Source: a virus (Duplodnaviria; Caudoviricetes). From it: DNA of 64,000 nt. Shown here piece after piece: positions 27,995 to 36,749 of the stretch. A model generated the notes under the pieces. That model was not told the origin of the DNA. It saw only the letters and a list, made by a program, of their open reading frames with translations, and made no database searches. The stretch's first letter is position 1. Each line of letters begins with the position of its first letter. The translations under genes and the position numbers were made by a program. The stretch covers positions 31,832 to 95,831 of the IMG/VR virus record IMGVR_UViG_3300028833_000110. One strand, written 5' to 3'.

Positions 27995-28603
27995 TTATTT
28001 CTTTTTACCATATTTTTTAGCATACTCTTCTTCAGACATATCACCCTCAACAACTTTAATCATGTCTCTATTCTTTTCAAATCTCTTAGCTGCCTTTGAG
28101 TTGGGATGTTTCTCTACATGGTTGCTCTCAAGATGAGCAATACCACCCCCAAGTCCAGCGGCTCCGGCACCTATAGCAGTACCAATAGCGGCTGACTTCA
28201 ATCGGCTATTACTAGGGAATCTTGTCACACCTCCATAAAGCCCCAATGTAGCAGCACTAGCGGGAAGGTGACGTTTCATTTGTTCGTTGATCCCTTCTTT
28301 TCTCACATCAGGATCCTCACTATTACGTTTTTTATAAGAATCGTAGGTAAAATATCCAGTGTGTCCTTTTTGATGTGATTTATCCCAAGATTTGATTTCC
28401 TGTCTATCTCCCCATTTTACTCCCAACTCCTTAAGTCTTTTATCTCTTTCTTTTCTCCTTTTCCTATCTTCTTTACCAAACTCCTTTTGTGCATATTCAT
28501 AGCCATCACAAAAAGCTCTTTCAAGTAATTCATCTAATTCATCATTACCAGTACTATATAATCTTTCTTCCTGATAATTACTGTATAATCTTTCTATTTT
28601 CAT
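27995..28603 (-). CDS. Leader-family protein, paralog of 35367..35831
   Basis: MKIERLYSNYQEERLYS...AQKEFG then Gly-zipper payload. Confidence 0.8.
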   Translation of the reverse strand: MKIERLYSNYQEERLYSTGNDELDELLERAFCDGYEYAQKEFGKEDRKRRKERDKRLKELGVKWGDRQEIKSWDKSHQKGHTGYFTYDSYKKRNSEDPDVRKEGINEQMKRHLPASAATLGLYGGVTRFPSNSRLKSAAIGTAIGAGAAGLGGGIAHLESNHVEKHPNSKAAKRFEKNRDMIKVVEGDMSEEEYAKKYGKKK

Positions 28604-28615
28604 TTATTTCTCGTT

Positions 28616-28684
28616 GCTATAGGAGAAATTGTTTTTATCTTATCACCCCCCCCCTATAGCTTTGTTTTTATAAAGGGGAGATAA
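28616..28684 (-). promoter_or_regulatory. H-type RNA pseudoknot element, copy 3
   Basis: UUAUCUCCCC/GGGGUGAUAA with GCUAUAGG/CCUAUAGC; ends 12 nt before ATG. Confidence 0.6.
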
Positions 28685-28691
28685 TATTGTT

Positions 28692-29705
28692 TTAGTTATT
28701 TTTATTTTGCTCTTCCATCACTTTTTTCAGAGCTTCATTTTCTCTCTTTTTTCTTTTTGCAGCTAATCTTTTATAAGCTACCTTTGTTCCTATAGAAGTA
28801 GCTGCAAGTGGGATGGCTGCGGCGGCTATTTTTGGACCATTCTTCAGGTGTTTTAGATATTTAATCTCAGATTTCGGAAGTTCCCCTTCATAATACTTCA
28901 GGGCTTCTTTACTCATCTTCTGAGCTTTTTCACTCATCTTATCTCGATAATTCTCGAATTCTTTTGAGGTCCATTTTTCCATAAGATCTTCAGTACTTAT
29001 TTTGGGATAACGCTCTTTCAATATCTCTTTTTCTGATTTTATTATATTTCGGACAGGAATAACAGCAGAACCTATGGCTCCTATTTTTGTTCCATACGAA
29101 ATCCCACGTAAAGCCTTTTCCTTTTTTTCTTCCTTATCGTAATTATAATTATTATCTTTCTCTTTTTTCGAATTTGTTAGCTTCTTAAGACCTCCATAAA
29201 TAGTACCGGCGGCTAATGAACCTATGGCTAAATTTTTCCTAAACTTTTTATTGGATTTTAATTTATCCTCTAATTTCTTCTTTTCTTTCTCAACTATTTC
29301 TCCAGTTTTTTGTTTCCCAGTTCTGTACTTAGATAAGGCCTCGTCTTTTATTCTTTTTATTTCCTCATTTTCTACTTTGGTATCACCACCATTAGATTTT
29401 ATTTTTGAGGACTTTAAAAAATCTGTAACGCTATCTGGTAGATCTCCAGTCATTATTCGTGCCTCTTGAATTTTAGCTCTTCGATGTGGTATAAGTTTTT
29501 CTTTGACATATTCATCAAAGTTATCTTTCGCTCGTTTTACTTTTTCATTAGAGACTTTTTTGCTCTTACGGTCATCTATGCGACTAATTGCTTGAGATGT
29601 CCCAATTCCACTAAGAGCTACAACTCCACCACCAATAAGAGCTGATCTGTCTTTCTTATCTTTCTTTTCTTTATCAGAAAAGCTTTTAGTTCTTAGTATT
29701 TTCAT
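28692..29705 (-). CDS. Leader-family lysine-rich protein with 4 hydrophobic segments
   Basis: Start reassigned to MKILRTKSFS. Confidence 0.75.
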   Translation of the reverse strand: MKILRTKSFSDKEKKDKKDRSALIGGGVVALSGIGTSQAISRIDDRKSKKVSNEKVKRAKDNFDEYVKEKLIPHRRAKIQEARIMTGDLPDSVTDFLKSSKIKSNGGDTKVENEEIKRIKDEALSKYRTGKQKTGEIVEKEKKKLEDKLKSNKKFRKNLAIGSLAAGTIYGGLKKLTNSKKEKDNNYNYDKEEKKEKALRGISYGTKIGAIGSAVIPVRNIIKSEKEILKERYPKISTEDLMEKWTSKEFENYRDKMSEKAQKMSKEALKYYEGELPKSEIKYLKHLKNGPKIAAAAIPLAATSIGTKVAYKRLAAKRKKRENEALKKVMEEQNKNN

Positions 29706-29721
29706 AATTTTAATATAATTT

Positions 29722-30534
29722 TTATGCACCCTGAGTTAAGTGTCTGGTACTAGTTCCTCCGGGAAGGGCTATTCTTCTGGAAGCTCTTGCTAGTGTATTG
29801 GCCCTACTAACATGTTTATAGGAACCCAAAGATGTTTTATAAAATCTTTTCGCATCCCTCAGTTCCTCTCTACTAGCTCCAGATCTCCTTAATAGTTTGA
29901 GACCTTTTCTTGATGCATTACCTTCTTCTAATATTGTTAACAGACTTTTTGGAATAGATCTCTCTCCTACTGGAGTCATATTATGATAAAGAGTACCTTC
30001 ATTCATTGTATTTCTCGATATTCTCCCCGATAAACCAGGACGATTACTCATGGCCCTATTACTATTCAAAGCATGCCCCGACTCATGAGCAACTACAGCA
30101 GCTGGGGGATTCACAGGGACAAGTATAGTATTCTTTCTATTTTTTGAATTAGTAGCTAATTTATTCTTTACTTCCTCAGGTATTGTAGGATTATTTTGAA
30201 AAAACTCTACAAACGTATTAGCCTGTTTAGGGCTATAAAAGGATCCACCACCAGTTAATTCGGGGGTTTTAACAATATCTATGTTATTATTTTTTGCGAA
30301 ATCCTCTAATTTTCCTAGTACTTTAGTATTGGTTGGTGTTTCATTATACCAGGTATTACTTAAATATGTTTTCTGCATTCCCTTATTGGCCTGATTTTCT
30401 GCAGACTTTCTTAGTCGATTAGAAACATTTACTCTAGTTCGACCTATATTTTTCCTTAAAGTCCTCTTTATTCCTGAATGTTTAATATCGCTTATAATAT
30501 TAAACTCTTTCTGTTTTTGTCGTAGTATTTTCAT
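29722..30534 (-). CDS. Leader-family HExxH Zn-peptidase
   Basis: MKILRQKQKEFN; AHESGH...EEGNASRKGL.LLRRSGA...SLGSY. Confidence 0.8.
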   Translation of the reverse strand: MKILRQKQKEFNIISDIKHSGIKRTLRKNIGRTRVNVSNRLRKSAENQANKGMQKTYLSNTWYNETPTNTKVLGKLEDFAKNNNIDIVKTPELTGGGSFYSPKQANTFVEFFQNNPTIPEEVKNKLATNSKNRKNTILVPVNPPAAVVAHESGHALNSNRAMSNRPGLSGRISRNTMNEGTLYHNMTPVGERSIPKSLLTILEEGNASRKGLKLLRRSGASREELRDAKRFYKTSLGSYKHVSRANTLARASRRIALPGGTSTRHLTQGA

Positions 30535-31199
30535 TAGTTTATTTTTTGTAGTTCGTATCTTTGTGTTTTTATTAACAGTTCTACTTCTTTTATCCCCCTT
30601 GTATCACCCTCTTTTTGTAAGACATTTATGGTCTCGATGTTCTCTGATTCCATAGTTTTTATAAGTTCGGGTTTAAGTTGAGACCAGCTATTGAATTTTT
30701 TATTTCCCCTTCCAAATATAAAATATTTCTTTTCTAAGTTCCAAGAAACTTCACAATATCCTTGAGGATCACTAAATAATGTTACTATATTAGACTCCCT
30801 ATATTCAACTATATCTTTTGGGGTACTTGGATAAAGAACTACATACTCATCGCCATCGCCCCAAGTAGGAACCTTTACCTTCTTAAATGCTTCTACCCAT
30901 TTAAAGTACTGAGGTGGTAATTGTGGTTTAATGTTTTCGAATTCTAATAATATTTCTCCACTCTTTCTATTAGCTTCTTTATTCAGGGCTTGTTGTTTTC
31001 TATTTTTACTAATTCCATAATATGCTCCTAATCCAGCTCCAGCAACAGCACCAATTCCAGCACCTATTAATGCTTTCTTTGGATTACCACCTATAGCACC
31101 AGTACCTATTCCTCCAAGAAATCCTCCTACAAGGGCACCATCCCTTACTTCCTTTAATACCTCTTTAGTACTATATTCTTTTTGTCGTAATATTTTCAT
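30534..31199 (-). CDS. Leader-family glycine-zipper protein
   Basis: MKILRQKEYS; GALVGGFLGGIGTGAIGG...GAGIGAVAGAGLG. Confidence 0.8.
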   Translation of the reverse strand: MKILRQKEYSTKEVLKEVRDGALVGGFLGGIGTGAIGGNPKKALIGAGIGAVAGAGLGAYYGISKNRKQQALNKEANRKSGEILLEFENIKPQLPPQYFKWVEAFKKVKVPTWGDGDEYVVLYPSTPKDIVEYRESNIVTLFSDPQGYCEVSWNLEKKYFIFGRGNKKFNSWSQLKPELIKTMESENIETINVLQKEGDTRGIKEVELLIKTQRYELQKIN

Positions 31200-31738
31200 T
31201 TTTCTAGTTTCTTCATTATATCGAGGAATTTTTGTTTGGCTTCTTCTACTATTTTTAACATATCCTCTTCTGTTTTCTTATTATGTGAAGGCTCTGTTAT
31301 TATATCTTCAGGGTTTACTACAGGTTTTCCGGAGATAACACACCCCAAAACATAACTACATGCCTCATCTTTATAATTCCATGCACTTAGACAATCATAG
31401 TATCCGGTTATATAAGATTCTCCTAGGTTTTTCTGATAAACTAGGATCTTCTTCGTATAATTTTCTAACTCTATTAATAATTTTTCCTCTACTGTAAATT
31501 GGTGTTTAATATCTTTAAATGGGGGTATAAAATCATTAAATCCCGGCAAACCTATCTCTTGTCTTTTGTTATTAATGAGCCTTAGTATTTTTAAGCAGTC
31601 ATTAAATCCATGTTCATAGAGCTCAGTATTAATTTTAGTTTGGGTGGGGTTTTCTAAAATATCATAAACCTCACCACTATTATCAGCGTACTTATCTAGA
31701 TCACCGTTTAACCAAGATTGTAATATTTTTTGTTCCAT
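31196..31738 (-). CDS. Hypothetical protein
   Basis: 180-aa ORF. Confidence 0.7.
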   Translation of the reverse strand: MEQKILQSWLNGDLDKYADNSGEVYDILENPTQTKINTELYEHGFNDCLKILRLINNKRQEIGLPGFNDFIPPFKDIKHQFTVEEKLLIELENYTKKILVYQKNLGESYITGYYDCLSAWNYKDEACSYVLGCVISGKPVVNPEDIITEPSHNKKTEEDMLKIVEEAKQKFLDIMKKLEK

Positions 31739-31765
31739 ATTAATTGTTTGTTTTATTTTTGTTTA

Positions 31766-31972
31766 TTAAAAGTGTAGTGGTTTTCTTATTAGTTTTGTCG
31801 AAGCTCTTTTAATATTTAATTTAGGCATCTTCGACTCTATAAAACTATCTGTTTGCTTGCTAAAATTTAGTTTAGCCTGTAATTGTTTTTCTGACCAATG
31901 CGGATATTTCTTTTTATAGTATTCATAGTCAGATGCGTCAATACTATAGTTTTTTTCTCTAATTATTTTCAT
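31766..31972 (-). CDS. Leader-family small protein
   Basis: MKIIREKNYS. Confidence 0.7.
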   Translation of the reverse strand: MKIIREKNYSIDASDYEYYKKKYPHWSEKQLQAKLNFSKQTDSFIESKMPKLNIKRASTKLIRKPLHF

Positions 31973-31975
31973 AGT

Positions 31976-33004
31976 TTATTTTCTACTTTTTTTATAAATA
32001 GGGAATTTATTATACATATCATAATTAATATCTCTAACCCCAGCATTTAGGTAGGTTTGAAAGGCATCATTTAAATACCCTTCACCTCTTTCTGCATAAG
32101 TTGGTGTTATCTCCCCTTTCTTAACCGCTAAATTATGAATAGCATTGGCCTGTGAACTAGCATAATTTTCCTCAGCTAATTTTCTAATATCACCAGAAAA
32201 CTCTAGTCCAGTCGATAGCCCCTTTTTGGATGAAATAGCATGCCCAACCTCATGACCCAATACATATGGGTGAGCACCTGGCTTTACAGTAATTATGTCA
32301 TCATAGGTGTTATAACTATTACGATTTCCACTTTCGATTTGAGTTTTTGGTGTTACTCTACTAAGTTTTTTAAACACAGAGTTCATAGAATTCATTGGCT
32401 CTGAACCAGGAATGAAATCTTTATCTTTCATTGGATCTATATTATCTAATCGTTGACCGGCTTCTTCGTACCCACTCAGTGAACTATTATAAACCTTACT
32501 CGCAGATTTTGGTGCCCTTCTCTTAACAAATGGAGCCAACTCAGTATTTTTTTGATCCTCCAGTTTCCTCGACATTGCTTCAAGTCTATCAATATTACGA
32601 GGAGAATAATTAATTCCATAATGCCAATTTAATTCTCCGACTTTTTCCTGTTTAGTATCATACTTATTTTTTATTTGATTCACTTCCCGATTATGAATTC
32701 TTTGAAATCGTTTTTGAAATTCTGAGTCATATATATTACGATATTTCTGAATTAGGTGTTTTATACCTTTTCCAGATTCAGGCAATCCCATTCTCTCAAG
32801 GACCTGTCTAGCTTCATCATAATTAATACCTTCAAGATCCCCATAATCTATTTTTCGAGCAATATCATTAATTCTATATACATCCCTAGCATTCATTCCC
32901 TTCTTGCCTTTCGGAAGATGTTTAAGTCCTCCTGTAGCTTTATAAAATTCAAGAAATGCTTTTTTATCTTGGAATGTAAATAGTTTCTGTCGTAGTATTT
33001 TCAT
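31976..33004 (-). CDS. Leader-family HExxH Zn-peptidase
   Basis: MKILRQKLFT; GHEVGH...EENYAS...DAFQTY; N-terminal ~100 aa shared with next ORF. Confidence 0.8.
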   Translation of the reverse strand: MKILRQKLFTFQDKKAFLEFYKATGGLKHLPKGKKGMNARDVYRINDIARKIDYGDLEGINYDEARQVLERMGLPESGKGIKHLIQKYRNIYDSEFQKRFQRIHNREVNQIKNKYDTKQEKVGELNWHYGINYSPRNIDRLEAMSRKLEDQKNTELAPFVKRRAPKSASKVYNSSLSGYEEAGQRLDNIDPMKDKDFIPGSEPMNSMNSVFKKLSRVTPKTQIESGNRNSYNTYDDIITVKPGAHPYVLGHEVGHAISSKKGLSTGLEFSGDIRKLAEENYASSQANAIHNLAVKKGEITPTYAERGEGYLNDAFQTYLNAGVRDINYDMYNKFPIYKKSRK

Positions 33005-33993
33005 TTTCTTACTGCTTTTTTGATTCCACCAAAAAGTTTATTGGCACCACCACGTGTATATGTCGCTAATGCTGAATCTAAGGATTTTCGTGCCTTTCTC
33101 TCTACTCCTGGACGTATTTCTCCCCTTTTTACTCCGCTTCTTAATCTAGCTAATGCTCTAGAGGATGCCATATTTTCTTCTGCAATTTCAGATAGCGCAT
33201 CATTAGCATCAGTGGCTCTAAATCCGGGATCAAATCCTCTCTTATAATTTTGCTGATGTCCCCATTCATGTAAAAAAACAGATGGATTATAAGAAGAAAC
33301 ATAGATTTGATCTGGAAACATAGAATTAAAGTAGTTTTGTCCAGGTTTCGGGATAACAGTGAACACATTATCTTTCTCTAATACGTTAGCTATAAACTTT
33401 GTAGTCCTTGGTCCTCCAATACCTCTTTTTTTATACTTTCTTTCAACCCTATTATTTTGTGATTCAAAACGTTTTCCGGCATTGAGGAGGATATTTTCTT
33501 TTCCTTCAAAAAGAGGGTGTGATGGTTTATAGGTTTTATTAAGCCTATCTAAATTCCTATCAATCAATGTGTCGTATTTTTTATAAACCTCATATGGATT
33601 ACTAGATACATAGGCCTCTCTATCAGCTCTAGTAGATAATTTTTTATTTAGGTTCATATTTTTTCTGAATGAATCTCCAGACATAATATTTTCATACCTA
33701 TCCTGAAATTCTGGATCCTGTATCAACTTATATTTATGACTAAGGTGTTCTAATCCTTTTGCTGTCTCTGGAAGGTCAATATGTTCAAAAACCTTCTTTG
33801 CCTCATTCCAATTTACTTCATTAATTCTCCCCTGATCTACTAACTCCGCCCACTTTTTAAACCTATATACATCCCTAGCATTCATTTTACCTCGTCCATT
33901 GGGTAAAGTGGTGAAATTATTAGTTGCAGCCTTCAGTTCTTCCCAAGCTTTTTTATCTTGGAATGTAAATAGTTTTTGTCGTAATATTTTCAT
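33001..33993 (-). CDS. Leader-family HExxH Zn-peptidase
   Basis: MKILRQKLFT; LHEWGH...EENMASSRAL...SALATY. Confidence 0.8.
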   Translation of the reverse strand: MKILRQKLFTFQDKKAWEELKAATNNFTTLPNGRGKMNARDVYRFKKWAELVDQGRINEVNWNEAKKVFEHIDLPETAKGLEHLSHKYKLIQDPEFQDRYENIMSGDSFRKNMNLNKKLSTRADREAYVSSNPYEVYKKYDTLIDRNLDRLNKTYKPSHPLFEGKENILLNAGKRFESQNNRVERKYKKRGIGGPRTTKFIANVLEKDNVFTVIPKPGQNYFNSMFPDQIYVSSYNPSVFLHEWGHQQNYKRGFDPGFRATDANDALSEIAEENMASSRALARLRSGVKRGEIRPGVERKARKSLDSALATYTRGGANKLFGGIKKAVRK

Positions 33994-34685
33994 TCTTTTA
34001 TTCCACTATCTTTTTTAAATAGATCCATAAAATTTCTCACCATATTCTTACTGTCTTCACTATCTATTTCTGAGTCATTATTTTCTTCACTTAATTTCTT
34101 GAGTAATTTATCAGAGTCTTGTACAGTCACTTCATCAAGCATATCTGATAAATCTTTTGAGAGACTAATTAACTTCTCGACGAGAAGAATAGAGTCACTT
34201 GAAGTAAATTGGTTCGGATCCAGTAAAAACTCAGGTCTCATGGTATAATCTATGAGGATCATTAGTTTCTGGATCAAAGTAAGTAATAATATTGGTTTTA
34301 TGGATTTAAATGTTTCAGACAGATATAATTCTAGGATCTGTCTTTTCTTTGGATCACCTACATCTACAACAGCCTGAGATAAATTTCTAATGTCTATGCT
34401 AAGATCAAGTCCATATTCTTCATTATACTTGGTAAATACACTCTCTATGGCTTTGGTTAACTCTTCATTTTTCTGATTTTTTTCGGATAAACTTAGAGCA
34501 TTAGCATCCATTATAATATTCTTAGCGCTCTTTGGTAGTGTAGGAGCAGCAGTTATCATATTCTTTAAAGCTTCGGGACTAGTATCTTCTATTACCTCTG
34601 CTTCCTCTATTTCCATTCTGCCTTCTTTTCTGAGGATTTGCTGCTTTATTTCCTCATTATCGAAGGGATTTACACTTTTTAACAT
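33990..34685 (-). CDS. Acidic helical hypothetical protein (possible morphogenesis protein)
   Basis: 231-aa ORF without leader inside late cluster. Confidence 0.7.
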   Translation of the reverse strand: MLKSVNPFDNEEIKQQILRKEGRMEIEEAEVIEDTSPEALKNMITAAPTLPKSAKNIIMDANALSLSEKNQKNEELTKAIESVFTKYNEEYGLDLSIDIRNLSQAVVDVGDPKKRQILELYLSETFKSIKPILLLTLIQKLMILIDYTMRPEFLLDPNQFTSSDSILLVEKLISLSKDLSDMLDEVTVQDSDKLLKKLSEENNDSEIDSEDSKNMVRNFMDLFKKDSGIKE

Positions 34686-34700
34686 ACCATATTTTATTTT

Positions 34701-35174
34701 TTACTTTAATTTTAGCTTCATTAATTTCAGTGAGTCTTCATCATGATATTTAATTATCTCACCTGTATATTTAAATCCTAATTTCTCATAAATGTGTTGT
34801 GCTCGTTTATTTTCTACTGGTACTTCAAGTGTAATCCACTTATACTTTAATTCTCTTAGGTATTTTATTATAGCCATCAGTGCTTTTGTCCCATATCCAT
34901 TATTTTGATATTCATTATCAACAAAGAACCACGGAATATTAATTTCTTCGTTAGATTCTTTATTTAACATTATGTAACCAATGTTTTTTGAAGATAGCAT
35001 AATATCATATATAACACACAGGCCCTGTTGTTCTTTAATTCTTTTTGATAACTTCCCTAAGATTTTAGATATAATAGTTGGTTTAGTTTTTACTAAACTT
35101 AAGTTATCCCCAAGGTCTATTAGATTAATAGACTCTGACTTAAATGAATAGAGTTTTTGTCTTAATATAATCAT
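34701..35174 (-). CDS. Leader-family GNAT acetyltransferase
   Basis: MIILRQKLYS; V..EYQNNGYG, N.RA..IYEKLGF. Confidence 0.85.
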   Translation of the reverse strand: MIILRQKLYSFKSESINLIDLGDNLSLVKTKPTIISKILGKLSKRIKEQQGLCVIYDIMLSSKNIGYIMLNKESNEEINIPWFFVDNEYQNNGYGTKALMAIIKYLRELKYKWITLEVPVENKRAQHIYEKLGFKYTGEIIKYHDEDSLKLMKLKLK

Positions 35175-35313
35175 TTTAATTCCTCCTTTTTAATATTTCT
35201 CAGGATTTCTCTTTTCTTTCCAAACCCAGTCCAATAATCCCTTTTATACATTACAGGGACATGCTTAATCTCCTTTCCTCATTGTCGAAAGGATTTATTT
35301 AATTTTACTTAGC

Positions 35314-35358
35314 TCCCAGAGTGTAATTGAATACTACATCTATTTCAATGCTCTGGGA
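35314..35358. repeat. Conserved hairpin element B, copy 3
   Basis: TCCCAGAG/CTCTGGGA enclosing GTGTAATTGAATACTAC. Confidence 0.65.
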
Positions 35359-35366
35359 AAAAATTT

Positions 35367-35831
35367 TTATTCTTGTTCTTTTCTCCTTCTTCTCTTTTCT
35401 AATTTTACTGCTCTAGATGCTCTACCATGACCAATAGCTTGCTTACCATGAATTCCAGTCTTCATATATTCAGCAGCGGCAAGGGTACCTAATGCAACAC
35501 GACCAGCTTTTGATTTCGCCAATTTTCCGGTAGCATTCTTATCGTGAAGGGTTTTGGTTAGTCCTCCAGCAATAGAAGCATCAATACCTCCTGCAACACT
35601 ATGACCTACAGACTTTTTAAAATTATCCCAACCTAGTTTATTTAATTCTTCATCACTGAGGTTTTTTAATTCGTCTTTAAATTCTTTCATGGATTTCTTA
35701 GCAAATTCTCTTTGTGCATATTCATAACCCTCACAAAAAGCTCTCTCAAGGAGATCATCAAGTTCATCATTACCAGTACTATATAATCTTTCCTCTTCCT
35801 GATAATTACTGTATAATCTTTCTATTTTCAT
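35367..35831 (-). CDS. Leader-family protein, paralog of 27995..28603
   Basis: Near-identical first 43 aa ending AQREFA, unrelated payload afterwards. Confidence 0.8.
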   Translation of the reverse strand: MKIERLYSNYQEEERLYSTGNDELDDLLERAFCEGYEYAQREFAKKSMKEFKDELKNLSDEELNKLGWDNFKKSVGHSVAGGIDASIAGGLTKTLHDKNATGKLAKSKAGRVALGTLAAAEYMKTGIHGKQAIGHGRASRAVKLEKRRRRKEQE

Positions 35832-35843
35832 TTATTTCTCGTT

Positions 35844-35911
35844 GCTATAGGAGAAATTGTTTTTATCTTATCACCCCCCCCCTATAGCTCTGTTTTTAAG
35901 GAAGGATGATA
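35844..35911 (-). promoter_or_regulatory. H-type RNA pseudoknot element, copy 4
   Basis: UAUCAUCCUUC/GGGGGGUGAUA with GCUAUAGG/CCUAUAGC; ends 12 nt before ATG. Confidence 0.6.
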
Positions 35912-35916
35912 TTGTT

Positions 35917-36747
35917 TTATTCTTGTTCTTTTCTCTTTCTAGATAATTTACCAGTAATTTTTCCTGCCACTCTTCCAACACCAGTCATAGCAATCTGAGC
36001 CGCTGGACGAATTGCATAGGATCCAAGAGCATACGCCAGAGACTTTCTACTTCCTCTTAGTTGCGCTTTTGAGGCTCCAGCGTTTTTCATCAACCTTAAA
36101 CCCCTTCTACTTGCATCAGCCTCTTCAATTAATACTGGAGCATTTATTGCAGCCACTGGAACATATGCTCCAACTTTTTTTATTGTAGAATTGTCGTCAT
36201 TTTTTGTTTGATTATAACCCGAGGCAAATCCACTAGCCAAACCAATTGCACCTGTATTTTTTAGTAATTTTGAATACCTTAATCTCCCTTGTAGATCATT
36301 AAATAAAGAACCCCTAGCAGCTCTTTCTGCATGACCTAGTTCATGTGCTAATGTAGAAGTATCTTTCAAATTATTAAGTTTTACCGTACCAGCGGCGTTA
36401 TTTGGGTCCTTAATCCAGTCTTGATCAATTATTTTTCCACTTACTTTTACTTTTTTACCTTGTTTAATTGATTTTTTGATTCTATTTATATCCCTCTTAG
36501 ATATATATCCCCCAAAGGCTTCACCCCCTCGTGCAAACTTTCTCGGATTAACTTGAATCTCACTTACCACATTTTTATAATTAGGAACTTTTTTAAATTC
36601 CTCTATTACTTTTCGTGATAAGTCTACATTCCCACTCCCCTCTCTCGCTTCAATATGCTTCTTAAATAGAAAGGAATTAATTGGGTCAGTTATCTTTTTA
36701 CGAGGGGGGGGGTTATCGTTAAATAATTTTTGTCTTAGTATTTTCAT
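35917..36747 (-). CDS. Leader-family HExxH Zn-peptidase
   Basis: MKILRQKLFN; AHELGH...EEADASRRGL.LMK.AGA...ALGSY. Confidence 0.8.
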   Translation of the reverse strand: MKILRQKLFNDNPPPRKKITDPINSFLFKKHIEAREGSGNVDLSRKVIEEFKKVPNYKNVVSEIQVNPRKFARGGEAFGGYISKRDINRIKKSIKQGKKVKVSGKIIDQDWIKDPNNAAGTVKLNNLKDTSTLAHELGHAERAARGSLFNDLQGRLRYSKLLKNTGAIGLASGFASGYNQTKNDDNSTIKKVGAYVPVAAINAPVLIEEADASRRGLRLMKNAGASKAQLRGSRKSLAYALGSYAIRPAAQIAMTGVGRVAGKITGKLSRKRKEQE

Positions 36748-36749
36748 CT

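Noticed and set aside
28604-28692. Pseudoknots as stop-codon readthrough signals
   Set aside because: Downstream genes are out of frame with the upstream stops (88-nt and 85-nt gaps)
25682-31199. SMI1/KNR4 immunity-domain call for 25682..26179 and the C-terminus of 30534..31199
   Set aside because: Only a short P..Y..F/W match; insufficient without a profile search
33990-34685. Terminase small subunit call
   Set aside because: Helical acidic protein with no diagnostic motif and not adjacent to terL
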